Assembly: GCA_964016885.1 (NCBI GenBank)
Contig: OZ024742.1
Location: forward strand, 309,070,001-309,134,000
DNA length: 64,000 bases
Reading direction: 5' to 3'
Origin: Eledone cirrhosa
Lineage: Eukaryota
A model generated the notes under the pieces. The model was not told the origin of the DNA, ran no database searches, and saw only the letters and a list, made by a program, of their open reading frames with translations. The position numbers and the translations under genes were made by a program. Positions 25,801 to 39,100 of the stretch are shown here, one piece after another; positions within the stretch are counted from its first letter, which is position 1; every line of letters starts with the position of its first letter.

Positions 25801-27924
25801 TTACCAGCATAGAAAAATGAACATAAAATGGTGTTGATATATGTGTAAGTACAAGTGTATATATGTGTATATATGTCTTTATAATTGTGTGTATGATTAG
25901 GTCTTACCACACAGACACCCTACTTACACAAAGGCAACCCTCTACATATAGGTTACAGTCACAAATACCTCAGTTATGTATCAACAAAAATCCTTCAAAG
26001 GGGAGAAACAATTTAGTCTCCTTCAACAACACTCAGTCACAACATATTTCATTAAAACTATTTTATATATCATCAATACATGAACAATGTACAGATGAAG
26101 CAGAAGCAGCAGTATTTAATGTCCAGTGTTCCTGTTAGCAGGTGCATATGTGCATACAGATAGCTTTATGCTTCATGCATTAATTCACTTAACGTCAAAG
26201 ACTATATATGTATCAAATCCTCTGGAAATATTGCAATTCAAAAGATTTTTTCCCTTCTCATTAACTAAACATTAGATTCCAAAACCAAGCAATGGATTTT
26301 CATACACATAAGGCCCATAGTGACATAATTTTCATCTGATCATATATGAATATCAATTATTTGAACTGTTTGATGACTGCCAATTATTTACTCCTATCAA
26401 TTGAATGAATTGACAAGATCCCAAGCCTCATTTGCTTACTGAGTGGGGTGGAACTCATCAAATCAAACCAAAGAAACAAAGTTTCCATTGGTCTTTCCAA
26501 TTGCTGATACTATCTACCAGTATCAACTCCTGACAGAAGGAACAACATAAAATAAAGTGTCTTGCTCTAGGACATAATGAATCACCTGGTCTAGGAATCA
26601 AACTCATAACCTCCCGATTGTGAATCCAATTCTCTAACCACTAAGCAACTAAAGCCATCTAAAGACATCATAAAAGGTTTTATCAATAGGACAATGGGGA
26701 AACTATGGTGATGGTGTGTTATTGTTTGATTGGATCATAAGTGCACCACTAAAAACCTCATCTTCATGTAAATTTGCTTGGTAGAGCTGTTCTCTGCCCA
26801 AAGTATCAAGTTGGAACAAACATTCGATTTAATTTTTGAGCTGATAATGTTGAATATATATTTATTTACTTTTTCTGGGATCGGTATATAGCATTTATAA
26901 AATATGACACAATTTTTAAGTGTCAGAGTAACCTGGTTCACTGCATTTGTAAACATCTGAAGAGCTCATTGTAGTGGAGTTGAACCAAATAGTTACATAA
27001 TACATTACATGAATAATGTAATAACCAATGGTTTTGATATCACTGAGTAATAATTTTTCTCATGAGAATAAACGTGTTAAACTGTCATTCAACTTTCCAA
27101 TTTTTAGTCAGGTCAGGCTTCTGTTTGCTACTAGTAATATGTCACCTCATACAACCTGCTTCATGGTCAGATGGTCGGCAACTAAACCAGCTCCCCCACC
27201 AGACTTTGGTCTGGTGAGAAGGATAAGTGGAACCCCAGCAACACAAAAAACAAGAGCTGTTAATAGGGCAGATGGACTCCTCAGAGTCAATAGCTATCCA
27301 CCCCAACTATTAACCAAGTGTAGTGAGTATGGCTACATCCCTGAAGACATGACCAAAACCAAACAGAGAGGTCAAATAGGGAGGAGTTCCTACAACAGGA
27401 GTGAGAAGGCCCTGGATTAAATTGAATATATAAACAATCTATTTTTAGTAGTGTTGGGTAGGTTATGAATTTTTTAATGTTGTATATTAACTTAAAGTTA
27501 ACAGCTTCAACACATATTTTTTACTATGAAAATAGTCTAACAGGTTATGCATATAAGCCCCTGGATTCAGAAAAAAAATGGACAATGTTGCCTGTGAAAC
27601 TTCATCCATTGCTAGAAATAATTGTTTCTACTTTTGGCACAAATCCAGCAATTATCCCAGTGCATTATTTTATCGCCCCCGTAAAGGGCCGTAACTATGC
27701 TCTATGTTGGTCCAAATCAAAAGCAGGTATTTCTGAGTATTTTTGTGAGAATTTCCACATTTCACCCTAATAATTGTTTCTACTTTAAATATAATTGTTT
27801 CTATTTACACTTCACCCTAATAATGTCACTTGTGATAGACTGGCATTCAGTCTAGATTTCTTTCTCATCCACTTGTTATCCTAAAACCTAAACTAAGCAC
27901 CAACCACTTAAATCCCCTTTTTAT

Positions 27925-29110
27925 TTAGGAACTTTAAATGGCCTGGCGTTGCTCTGGATTCTAAACATAGATTGGGATGTTTATCCCTCCTTTCTGAAAC
28001 AGTACAGAGAAGTATAGAATACCTCGGCCTCGGGATGGTGTCTACATTTTGTGCTTATAAAAATATTTGTCGTAGATTTCCAGGGGTTTAACTTAATTGG
28101 GTACCTGAGAGAAAAATGTTCAACCCACGAAAGCCAAACCGATAGGGTTAAGTAGAAAGGCATTTGTCAAACCGAACATGTATTTGTTGTGCTATGGTAC
28201 AATGAAAGCAATAGTTACAGAGCAGTAAACATGTAGGACTGCAGTGGTGGAGAGTAATGTTGTCTTACTCCTATCAATGTTTCGTCATATGTTCACCAAT
28301 TGATGTAGAAGTCCTAATAGAAAGTGAAGTCACCTTTGGTGAATAGGCAAATAATTTTCTATTACGATTTTTCAAAAGCATGTAATTGCATTCACTCTCT
28401 TTTTTGTTGTTCTTTTTGCTGCTGTCCTTCTTCAGCCAATCGTGTATATCCCCTTCTGCCTCGTCTACCTAAAAAAAATGATTGTAGCACCTCCTTGTAC
28501 ACAATGTTCCTTATTCTTCCATGTCGGGCACATGCAAAGAGATTTGTCTTGCTTCCCTCTCTTGAGCAGCGAACGTATGTGAAAAACATGACTCTTCCAA
28601 AATATATATTAAAATAACAGATTAAAGTTTAAGCAAAGAATCGCTGCTTTCACCCTTAATGGGATCTTCTGAAACTAAAAAAAATCAATCTGTGAACGCA
28701 GAAGTAAATATTTTAAAAAACGTTGCAACCAAAGGAAAACAGGAAGACGATACTTTGGTTCGTGAAGACGTTCCTTGGCAATGAACGGAAAATAATACAT
28801 CAGCAATGAGAACAATATTTGTCAATGTCGTAATACAGACAGCCAGACATACAGACAGATATTATAAGGGTGCGACGTTATAGCTATGTATCTATCTAAA
28901 AGGACAAACTAAGAAAGACAGAGACATCGCCAACCGGCACCTAATGCGGTCTCTACGGCATTGAAAATTTGAAATATTTTTTGCTCAAAACACTCAACCG
29001 ACCATAAGTATTACATGTGTAAAGTTTGAAAAAACTCGGTTGGGTGGTTCTCGAGTTTTAGGGAGTCAGACAGACAAACAGACAGACATTCTCTTTTTTA
29101 GATATATAGA
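27925..29110 (-). mobile_element. Internally deleted Helitron
   Basis: 5' terminus A|TCTATATATC at 29110 followed by a (TGTC)n tract; helicase C-terminal remnant YVRCSREGSKTNLF..GRIRNIVYKEVLQ (~28484-28580); degenerate 3' hairpin (cctggcgttgctctgg on +) and CTAA end near 27925. The 3' end is uncertain. Confidence 0.75.
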
Positions 29111-30812
29111 TTAGGCTGTGAACATACTGGGGTGTTGCTTTCAAGAGATGTAGTCAATTATATCAACCCTAGTACTTATTCTATCAATCATTCCCGCCGA
29201 GGTTGACTTTGCCTTTCATCCTTACGGGGTCGATAAAATAAAGTACCAGTAATGCACTGGGTAATTGCTGGCCTTGTGCCTAAAGTAGAAACAATTATTT
29301 GTTGAACTGCTAAGTAAGGAGGTATAAGCAAACAGTAAATGTAAACACAGACATGGTCACACACATATACACAATGGGCTTCCGTACAATTTCTGTCAAT
29401 CAAATTTCAGTAACAAGGTATTGAACAACCCAAGGCTATACTAAAAGAAACATGCCCAAGGTGACATGTAGTGAGACGGAACCCAAAACCATGTGGATGC
29501 AAAACAAACTCCTTAAACACACAGCTATTTTTTTAAATATCTATCCAGAATTAACTAATACTAAAAGTAATAACACACAATGATAATAACAAGGCTTCAA
29601 ATATTAGAGGAGAGGACAGTCAAATAAATTCCCTCGCCCTAACTCCCAAGGATGAACGGGCAAAATCATTTTTGGCAGGATTTGAACTTAGAACAAAAGA
29701 ATGTATAATTAAATACAGCTCAACTGGAATACAAACTCCAGATCTAAGACGTAACTAAATGTATTTCTCCATTAATTCTGTAAATAATTTGTAATAGGAA
29801 GGGCATCCAACTGTAGAAAACCCGCCAGACAGTCCTATGCGAGCAAGACAACCACTCTTGCCTCAAGTGGGAAAACCCCCGTCCAAACCCATGCAAGCGT
29901 GGAACACGGACGCTAAACCTGATGATGATGACGATAAATACAAAACCACAGAAGAGTTGGGGTGTAGTGGATTAACTCTTAACATTCTGCAATGATTTAC
30001 TAAATATATTTAAAAGTAGGTTTGTTAATTCAAATGTTTATAGTGTCTTTATTAGTAGACAGATTGTTATGAACATTGACAGCAAATCAAAGTAAAGGCT
30101 TCAATTTCTAATGTGATGCTATAAAGATTTCTAACTTTTTTACTGACTACAACAGAGGAAGAAGGACAGTTCTCATGAACCTTTTCTTGGCCCCTGAGAG
30201 TGGTGGGAGGAAGTTATTATCAGAATAGAGACCCAGCTGGAATGTTTGCAACATAGTGGACTATTAAAGGTATTCAAAGGAACAAGAGCTGATGTTAAAC
30301 AGAGAAACTGATTAATTTTTCCATCCAATAAGTAAATAATAGAAATAAATACTTCTAAACAGTATTTATTTTAATCATTCCCAAAAAAAGATCAAAGTCA
30401 GAACCAAAGAGATTTGAACTCAGAACATAATGAAGAGACATAACCAAATATTGCAAGAACAAAATGTACCCAGTACATCCTGTAAAGTGGTTGTGCTGAT
30501 ATCATGAAAAATGCAACCAGTACACCCCGTAAAGTGGTTGGCATTAAGAAGAACATCCAGTTGTAGAAACCCTGCCATAATTAGCCAGATTGATTGCTTT
30601 GACTTGTCATGGTGTTAGACCATGACAACCCATCCAACCCATGTCAACGTGGAAAGAGGACCTAGAATAATGATGATGATGCTCATGATATATAATCCTT
30701 AGCATTGAGCAGTAGGAGATCAACCAGAAGACTCCATCAGCTGTAAATAAACAAGTTATTTGGTATACTTTTGAAGAAAGAAATCAAGAAATATTTTTTC
30801 TGTTCAACAAAC

Positions 30813-30954
30813 CATTAACTCGATTCAATTCCACCCAACCTCCAGCTGCAACAATTCGCCTTGTTTCCTTATCATTGCTTGGCTTGTGATCAAAAGATAA
30901 TATCTCTACAGAACCAGCTACACTTGCTACCGCTCGAGAATCACCAACATTTCC
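30813..30954 (-). CDS. PP2C exon: GNVGDSRAVASVAGSVEILSFDHKPSNDKETRRIVAAGGWVELNRVN(G)
   Basis: NVGDSR, DHKP and RIxxAGGWV motifs; acceptor tttcAG, donor G|GTTTGT; 142 bp, phase 0-1. Confidence 0.96.
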
Positions 30955-31962
30955 CTGAAACAAAGGAGAGAGAGGAAGAATCAAGTTTAAGATTCCATCT
31001 GTAAAAAAAAAGACAAAAAAAGAAAAAGAAATAATAATGGTTTCTACTTTAGGCACAAGGCCAGTGATTTTGAAATAGAGGAAAGTCAATTAAATCGACC
31101 CCAGTGCATTACTGGTACTATATTTTATCGAATCTTGGCCAAACCATGCAAACACGGAAAAGCAGATGCAAAAGTGATGATGATGGCTATCTCTATAAAG
31201 GCCCACCTGACAAACATCTCTCTGTCTCATAACCCCTATTGTCTCACAGCCAAACTATTTTCCTTGGGCATCTTTCCATAAACAACACTGTTCTAATATT
31301 TTAATCAACAACTATACATGATCAACAAAAGGGTATCACTGTTATTTAAAATGGATGGTTTTGTTTCATAGAAATAGAGCTGGTTTTGGCTAGGATGGTA
31401 TCAAAGGAGTTAATGAAGAATTTTCACAAATTTACTAAAGTTTCTTATGATTTCATTACTAAGATAGTAACTTCACATATAATTCTTATATAAAATTATG
31501 TTGGAAGATTTTAATTTAAATAGGAACCTTTTAAAATGGGTGGTTTTGTTTCACAGAACCAGAGCTGGTTTTGGGCAGGTTATGCATTCTGAAGAACCTG
31601 CCATGAGCAATGGATGACTAAGGTGGATGAAAAGGAAGAGTCATGGTAATCTGTGCAACCAGCACACCATGATGATGATGGTATCAAAAAGAACCCTTTA
31701 AAATTAGTGATTTTGTTTCATAGAACTATGGCTAGTTTTGGGTAGTTTAAAATCAAAAGAGTTAACTAAAAACAAAGCAGTTCCCACGAAAGCTAACCCA
31801 GTGAAGCTAACACATCAGAACAGATGCAGTAGAAAGTACAATGAAACACAAAACAAGTCACTATAAAAGTAGTTATCATAAAGGTTGTTGTATAGAGTTT
31901 AGTAGTAACATCACCATCTTCACCAATTCCCTCTGGACTTACACACAATAATAATAATACCA

Positions 31963-32148
31963 ATAATTGTTTCTACTTTAGGCACAAGGCCAGCAATTAC
32001 CCAGTGCATTACTGGTACTTTATTTTATCGACCCCGTAAGGATGAAAGGCAAAGTCAACCTCGGCGGGATTTGAACTCAGATCGTAAAGGGACGTAACTA
32101 TGCTGGAAAGCATGGCGTCCGACCCTCTACCGATACTGCCAATCACCA
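31963..32148 (-). mobile_element. tRNA-derived SINE family 2 with Nin/Deu-like domain
   Basis: Minus strand: TGGCAGTATCGGTAGAG..GAGTTCAAATCCC..GCCTTTCATCCTTACGGGGTCGATAAAATAAAGTACCAG; (ATT)n-like tail. Confidence 0.85.
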
Positions 32149-32417
32149 ATAATGATCATAAATAATTGATACTCTTTTAATTTTTTACTGGTTCAGCCAC
32201 ATGGACGTGTTCATGCTGGAGCATATATTAATATGAATAAGTAATATACACTAAGTATTAACACATTATCTAATTATTATTGTACTAAACATTGTATATG
32301 GGTAGTTTTTAAAATGTATTTAGGTAAACTTGATTCCTTTTAGCTGGAACTGACAGACTTTGGGTAAACAAATAACTGTTTGCATCTGGTCAATATCACT
32401 TCTACTTCTTTGTTTTA

Positions 32418-32448
<31 letters not shown>

Positions 32449-33045
32449 AACCTAGGTGTAGATTAATGGCTTGTGAGGGCCCTGCAAACCATGTACAGTG
32501 ATTCTGACAGCAAAATGAGGATTAGCAATGAATTTAGCATACAGGTAAATGTCAGCTAGGACTTGATTCTAGGTCCTAACTACTTCTGTATGGAAGATGA
32601 CAGAGGTGGATAATGAAGTGCTAACTGATCTAAGTGAAAGGAAAACTGAAGGAGACATGCTGAGAAGTGGGGAAAGCTGACTCCAAAGAGATGACAAAAA
32701 AAAAATTTACAAAACATGGCAAGACACTGTCATGTAAATCTGTCCAATTCATACTTGGAATCTTTGAGCATATTCCACAGGTGGTATGGCACATGATTCT
32801 GATATTCTTAGACATGACATCCTTAATATAATTTTGGTATATACATATATCGTCAGTCAATCAACTTTCGTCAAATCGGACTGAGGGAACGATGATTCCA
32901 TGGGTCTTTCCAATTGCTAATACTATCTATCAGTTGCAACTCCAGGTAGAAGGAGTAATGTTAAATAAAGTGTCACCCGGTCTGGGAATCAAAATCACAA
33001 CCTCACGATTGCAAATCCAATTCTCTTACCACTCAGCCACGCGCC

Positions 33046-33417
33046 TATGTTGAAAAGGTAACACACCATAGAGAGATATACAGTGTGCTATCAATAAAAC
33101 AGGGAAAAAACCACCAGTGTATGGAATCTATAACCTATGAAAGGCAGACTATAGACACGATAATTAAAAGTATAAATTAAAGCGTAAATAAATACCTCTA
33201 TAACTATATAACACACGTACAAATCCAAAGAGATTTGGATTTGTACGTGTGTTATATAGTTATAGAGGTATTTATTTACGCTTTAATTTATACTTTTAAT
33301 TATCGTGTCTATAGTCTGCCTTTCATAGGTTATAGATTCCATACACTGGTGGTTTTTTCCCTGTTTTATTGATAGCACACTGTATATCTCTCTCTGGAGT
33401 GTTACCTTTTCAACATA
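33046..33417. repeat. Near-perfect 372-bp palindrome (184-bp arms, 4-nt GAGA loop)
   Basis: 33046-33229 is the reverse complement of 33234-33417, with two mismatches seen. Confidence 0.95.
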
Positions 33418-33507
33418 TTGTATTTTAAAGAGCTCAGGATTTCTTCTCCTTTGAGCACATTATTTACAGGGAATAGCGAGGGCCTATGCCTCCGTTAATT
33501 TATCGTG

Positions 33508-33850
<343 letters not shown>

Positions 33851-34188
33851 GGCACATGGCTTAGTGGTTAGAGCATTGGCCTTGCAATCGAAAGGTTGTG
33901 AGTTCAATTCTCAGACCGGGTGATGTGTTGTTTCCTTGAGGAAGACACTTTATTTCACATTGCTCCAGTTTACTCAGCTGTAGAAATGAGATGATAGGGA
34001 CTGGGATCCTATCATTCCACTGTAAAGTGGTCGTGGAGGTGCCACGGCAAAAAAGCACCCAGCACTCACTGTAAATGAGGTCGGTGTTAGGAAGGGCATC
34101 CAGCTGTAGAAATCAAGTCAGAATCAGTTCCCGTCCCACCCTTGCAAGCAGGGAAAAGTGGACGTAAAATGATGATGATGATGATGAT
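33851..34188 (+). mobile_element. tRNA-derived SINE family 1, full length
   Basis: Close match to 10701-11080; (TGA)n tail. Confidence 0.9.
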
Positions 34189-34406
34189 ATATATATACAG
34201 AGAGAAACTTATATATTACCAGTTACTCTATCCTCTTTATTTTGTTATAAATTAGGGAAGGGCAATAATCCTCACCTTAGGAAGCCTCCTCACCATGACC
34301 ACCAAGCAGTCACCTGTAGTAGAGAAAGAGAGCAGTATTCCTGACCTCTGTAAACCCTCCCAAACCTCCTGATGTTTGTTAAGTGCTGAAGTTTAAAGTT
34401 ACTTAC

Positions 34407-34480
34407 ACAAAAAAGTCTACCACTTTTCAACAACACTACGAGAGCAGTGGTACCAGCTAATTCATCTTTCATTGTATCAT
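34407..34480 (-). CDS. PP2C exon: (D)DTMKDELAGTTALVVLLKSGRLFC
   Basis: AGTTA motif; acceptor tgtgtttcAG, donor GTAAGT; 74 bp, phase 1-0. Confidence 0.95.
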
Positions 34481-36119
34481 CTGAAACACAATAGAGATAG
34501 CAATAATACAATAAACATAGTGAAAGGCAAACAGAAATGATAAAATGCACCCAGTACGCCATGTAGAGTGGTAATGGCAGTACCACACCCAGTACATCTT
34601 GGAGGCTGGTTGGCATTAGGAAGGGCATCCAGCCATAGAAACCATGCCAAATATAGAACATATGAGCGAGACATGTCGCTCTGACTTGTCTGGCCTTGGA
34701 TTGTGACAACTCATCCAGACCATGCTAGCATGAAAGGCAGGTGTCAAATGATTATGATGATGATGATGATGATGAAATAAAATTACATCTTACAACTAGG
34801 GAGTCTTTACAGAAGTATTTAACCTGCTAAAAATAGCAGCCAAATTTCCCTCAAATGTTTGTCTTTTTAAAAAGGTGAAGGATAAATTTTGGACAATTTA
34901 TTGCGAGATATAGAAAAAGACAGGATGGTTATAGTTGGAATGCCGAAATTTAAGTGAAAAGTCAAATTTTGTGGGTGTAAGTTCAAATTGCTATCATGGC
35001 TACATGTAATTTTTTTTATGAACAATTTGTTACACATATAGCTTACAATTAAACATTTATTCTTTAGTCATAATCGTCTCCACCACTGTAGCTATCTAAT
35101 CATTAGTGCTAATATTATTAAAGGGTTTTCAATCATATTGTATTTAAATTCTATTGAGGAGACAGTAGACGAATATAGGCACAAGATGTTTGATTTGTTC
35201 AGTGTAACATCTCCAATAGAAACTTCATTGTTATTTTAACTCTCACACTACAAACTGAAATGCCAATAGCTATTTCAAAGGAGAGTGTGCAGTATGGTCC
35301 CGTATCTGATGAGGTATATTTCAAGGATGTATCCTCTATGGACCCCTCACAAAAAGTTTGATTGGCTATTTCTGTACTTTGTTTCCTAGAACAGATCTGA
35401 CCAAGGCAAATCCAAAACAAAAACACTAATTCAACTAGTCATACAAAATGAAAACAGTCACCTGCATGAATTTTTTTTGTTTGTTTTTTTTACTAATTAA
35501 CAGGTAAAAACCAACTGTTAAGAGATTAGTTGTAAATACTGACTCTTCAAACACCAAAACGTGAACAACTGTGAATTGGAGTTGGTATTTAACTGTAATT
35601 ATCAACATCATAGATTTAACCTGACAACATTAAGTCATAAAAGGTATATCGGTGAGACCATAATTGAAATAATACAGTAAAATAATGAGTTTAAGAAAAT
35701 TGGTATGGATTAATGACACCACTTATGTCATACTAAATATAAACTGTTGTTTGTTAAATAAAAAGTTTGAAGGAAGATCAAACAGCTGATAATGATACAT
35801 CAAAGCACTAAATTAGCAGAGTCCTTAGCGCATTGGATAAAATGTCTTTTGATAATTGTTCTAACAATATGTACACTAAATTCAAATCCTATGGTCACCT
35901 TTGCCTTTTATCCTTTCAGAGGTTGATAAAATAGTAGCCAGGGTGGAGGATTGGCAGAATTGTTAGGGGGCATTGAATTAGAGGCCTCACGGTATATGCT
36001 CTAGTTCTTGGCATTCCGAGTTCAAATTCTGGAGAAGTGTCAGTGGCCAGGGATAATCACCTAACCACTGGAGCTACCTGCCACCACCTCCATTCAACCC
36101 ACAATTGACAGATAGAGTT

Positions 36120-39100
36120 ACAACCAACATAGTTAAGCCAGCAACAACATGGTCAGGTAGACATACAACCAACATAGTTAAGCCAGCAACAACATGGTCA
36201 GGTAGACATACAACCAACATAGTTAAGCCAGCAACAACATGGTCAGGTAGACATACAACCAACATAGTTAAGCCAGCAACAACATGGTCAGGTAGACATA
36301 CAACCAACATAGTTAAGCCAGCAACAACATGGTCAGGTAGACATACAACCAACATAGTTAAGCCAGCAACAACATGGTCAGGTAGACATACAACCAACAT
36401 AGTTAAGCCAGCAACAACATGGTCAGGTAGACATACAACCAACATAGTTAAGCCAACAACAACATGGTCAGGTAGACATACAACCAACATAGTTAAGCCA
36501 GCAACAACATGGTCAGGTAGACATACAACCAACATAGTTAAGACAGCAACAACATGGTCAGGTAGACATACAACCAACATAGTTATGCCAGCAACAACAT
36601 GGTCGGGTAGACATACAACCAACATAGTTAAGCCAGCAACAACATGGTCGGGTAGACATACAACCAACATAGTTAAGCCAGCAACAACATGGTCAGGTAG
36701 ACATACAACCAACATAGTTATGCCAGCAACAACATGGTCGGGTAGACATACAACCAACATAGTTAAGCCAGCAACAACATGGTCGGGTAGACATACAACC
36801 AAAATAGTTAAGCCAGCAACAACATGGTCAGGTAGACATACAACCAACATAGTTATGCCAGCAACAACATGGTCAGGTAGACATACAACCAACATAGTTA
36901 TGCCAGCAACAACATGGTCAGGTAGACATACAACCAACATAGTTAAGCCAGCAACAACATGGTCAGGTAGACATACAACCAACATAGTTATGCCAGCAAC
37001 AACATGGTCAGGTAGACATACAACCAACATAGTTATGCCAGCAACAACATAGTTAAGCCAGCAACAACATGGTCGGGTAGACATACAACCAACATAGTTA
37101 AGCCAGCAACAACATGGTCAGGTAGACATACAACCAACATAGTTAAGCCAGCAACAACATGGTCGGGTAGACATACAACCAACATAGTTAAGCCAGCAAC
37201 AACATGGTCAGGTAGATATACAACCAACATAGTTAAGCCAGCAACAACATGGTCGGGTAGACATACAACCAACATAGTTATGCCAGCAACAACATGGTCA
37301 GGTAGACATACAACCAACATAGTTATGCCAGCAACAACATGGTCGGGTAGACATACAACCAACATAGTTATGCCAGCAACAACATGGTCAGGTAGACATA
37401 CAACCAACATAGTTAAGCCAGCAACAACATGGTCGGGTAGACATACAACCAACATAGTTAAGCCAGCAACAACATGGTCGGGTAGACATACAACCAACAT
37501 AGTTAAGCCAGCAACAAGGACAGGTGGGCTTACAACTAGCATAGATAAGCCAGCTATAACATGGTCTGGTAGACATACAACCAACATAGTTAAGCCAGCA
37601 ACAACATGGTCAGGTAGACATACAACCAACATAGTTAAGCCAGCAACAACATCGTCGGGTAGACATACAACCAACATAGTTAAGCCAGCAACAACATGGT
37701 CGGGTAGACATACAACCAACATAGTTAAGCCAGCAACAACATGGTCAGGTAGACATACAACCAACATAGTTAAGCCAGCAACAACATGGTCGGGTAGACA
37801 TACAACCAACATAGTTATGCCATCAACAACATGGTCAGGTAGACATACAACCAACATAGTTATGCCAGCAACAACATGGTCGGGTAGACATACAACCAAC
37901 ATAGTTAAGCCAGCAACAACATGGTCAGGTAGACATACAACCAACATAGTTAAGCCAGCAACAACATGGTCGGGTAGACATACAACCAACATAGTTATGC
38001 CAGCAACAACAAGGTCGGGTAGACATACAACCAACATAGTTAAGCCAGCAACAACATGGTCAGGTAGACATACAACCAACATAGTTATGCCAGCAACAAC
38101 ATGGTCGGGTAGACATACAACCAACATAGTTAAGCCAGCAACAACATGGTCGGGTAGACATACAACCAACATAGTTATGCCAGCAACAACAAGGTCGGGT
38201 AGACATACAACCAACATAGTTAAGCCAGCAACAACATGGTCAGGTAGACATACAACCAACATAGTTAAGCCAGCAACAACATGGTCAGGTAGACATACAA
38301 CCAACATAGTTATGCCAGCAACAACATGGTCAGGTAGACATACAACCAACATAGTTAAGCCAGCAACAACATGGTCAGGTAGACATACAACCAACATAGT
38401 TAAGCCAGCAACAACATGGTCAGGTAGACATACAACCAACATAGTTAAGCCAGCAACAACATGGTCAGGTAGACATACAACCAACATAGTTATGCCAGCA
38501 ACAACATGGTCGGGTAGACATACAACCAACATAGTTATGCCAGCAACAACATGGTCAGGTAGACATACAACCAACATAGTTAAGCCAGCAACAACATGGT
38601 CGGGTAGACATACAACCAACATAGTTAAGCCAGCAACAACATGGTCGGGTAGACATACAACCAACATAGTTAAGCCAGCAACAAGGGCAGGTGGGCTTAC
38701 AACTAGCATAGATAAGCCAGCTATAACATGGTCTGGTAGACATACAACCAACATAGTTAAGCCAGCAACAACATGGTCAGGTAGACATACAACCAACATA
38801 GTTAAGCCAGCAACAACATCGTCGGGTAGACATACAACCAACATAGTTAAGCCAGCAACAACATGGTCGGGTAGACATACAACCAACATAGTTAAGCCAG
38901 CAACAACATGGTCAGGTAGACATACAACCAACATAGTTAAGCCAGCAACAACATGGTCGGGTAGACATACAACCAACATAGTTATGCCAGCAACAACATG
39001 GTCAGGTAGACATACAACCAACATAGTTATGCCAGCAACAACATGGTCGGGTAGACATACAACCAACATAGTTAAGCCAGCAACAACATGGTCAGGTAGA

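Noticed and set aside
33851-33925. tRNA gene-like A/B boxes (also at 10701 and 58090-58158)
   Set aside because: No complete cloverleaf; the sequence continues into SINE body and LINE-derived tail.
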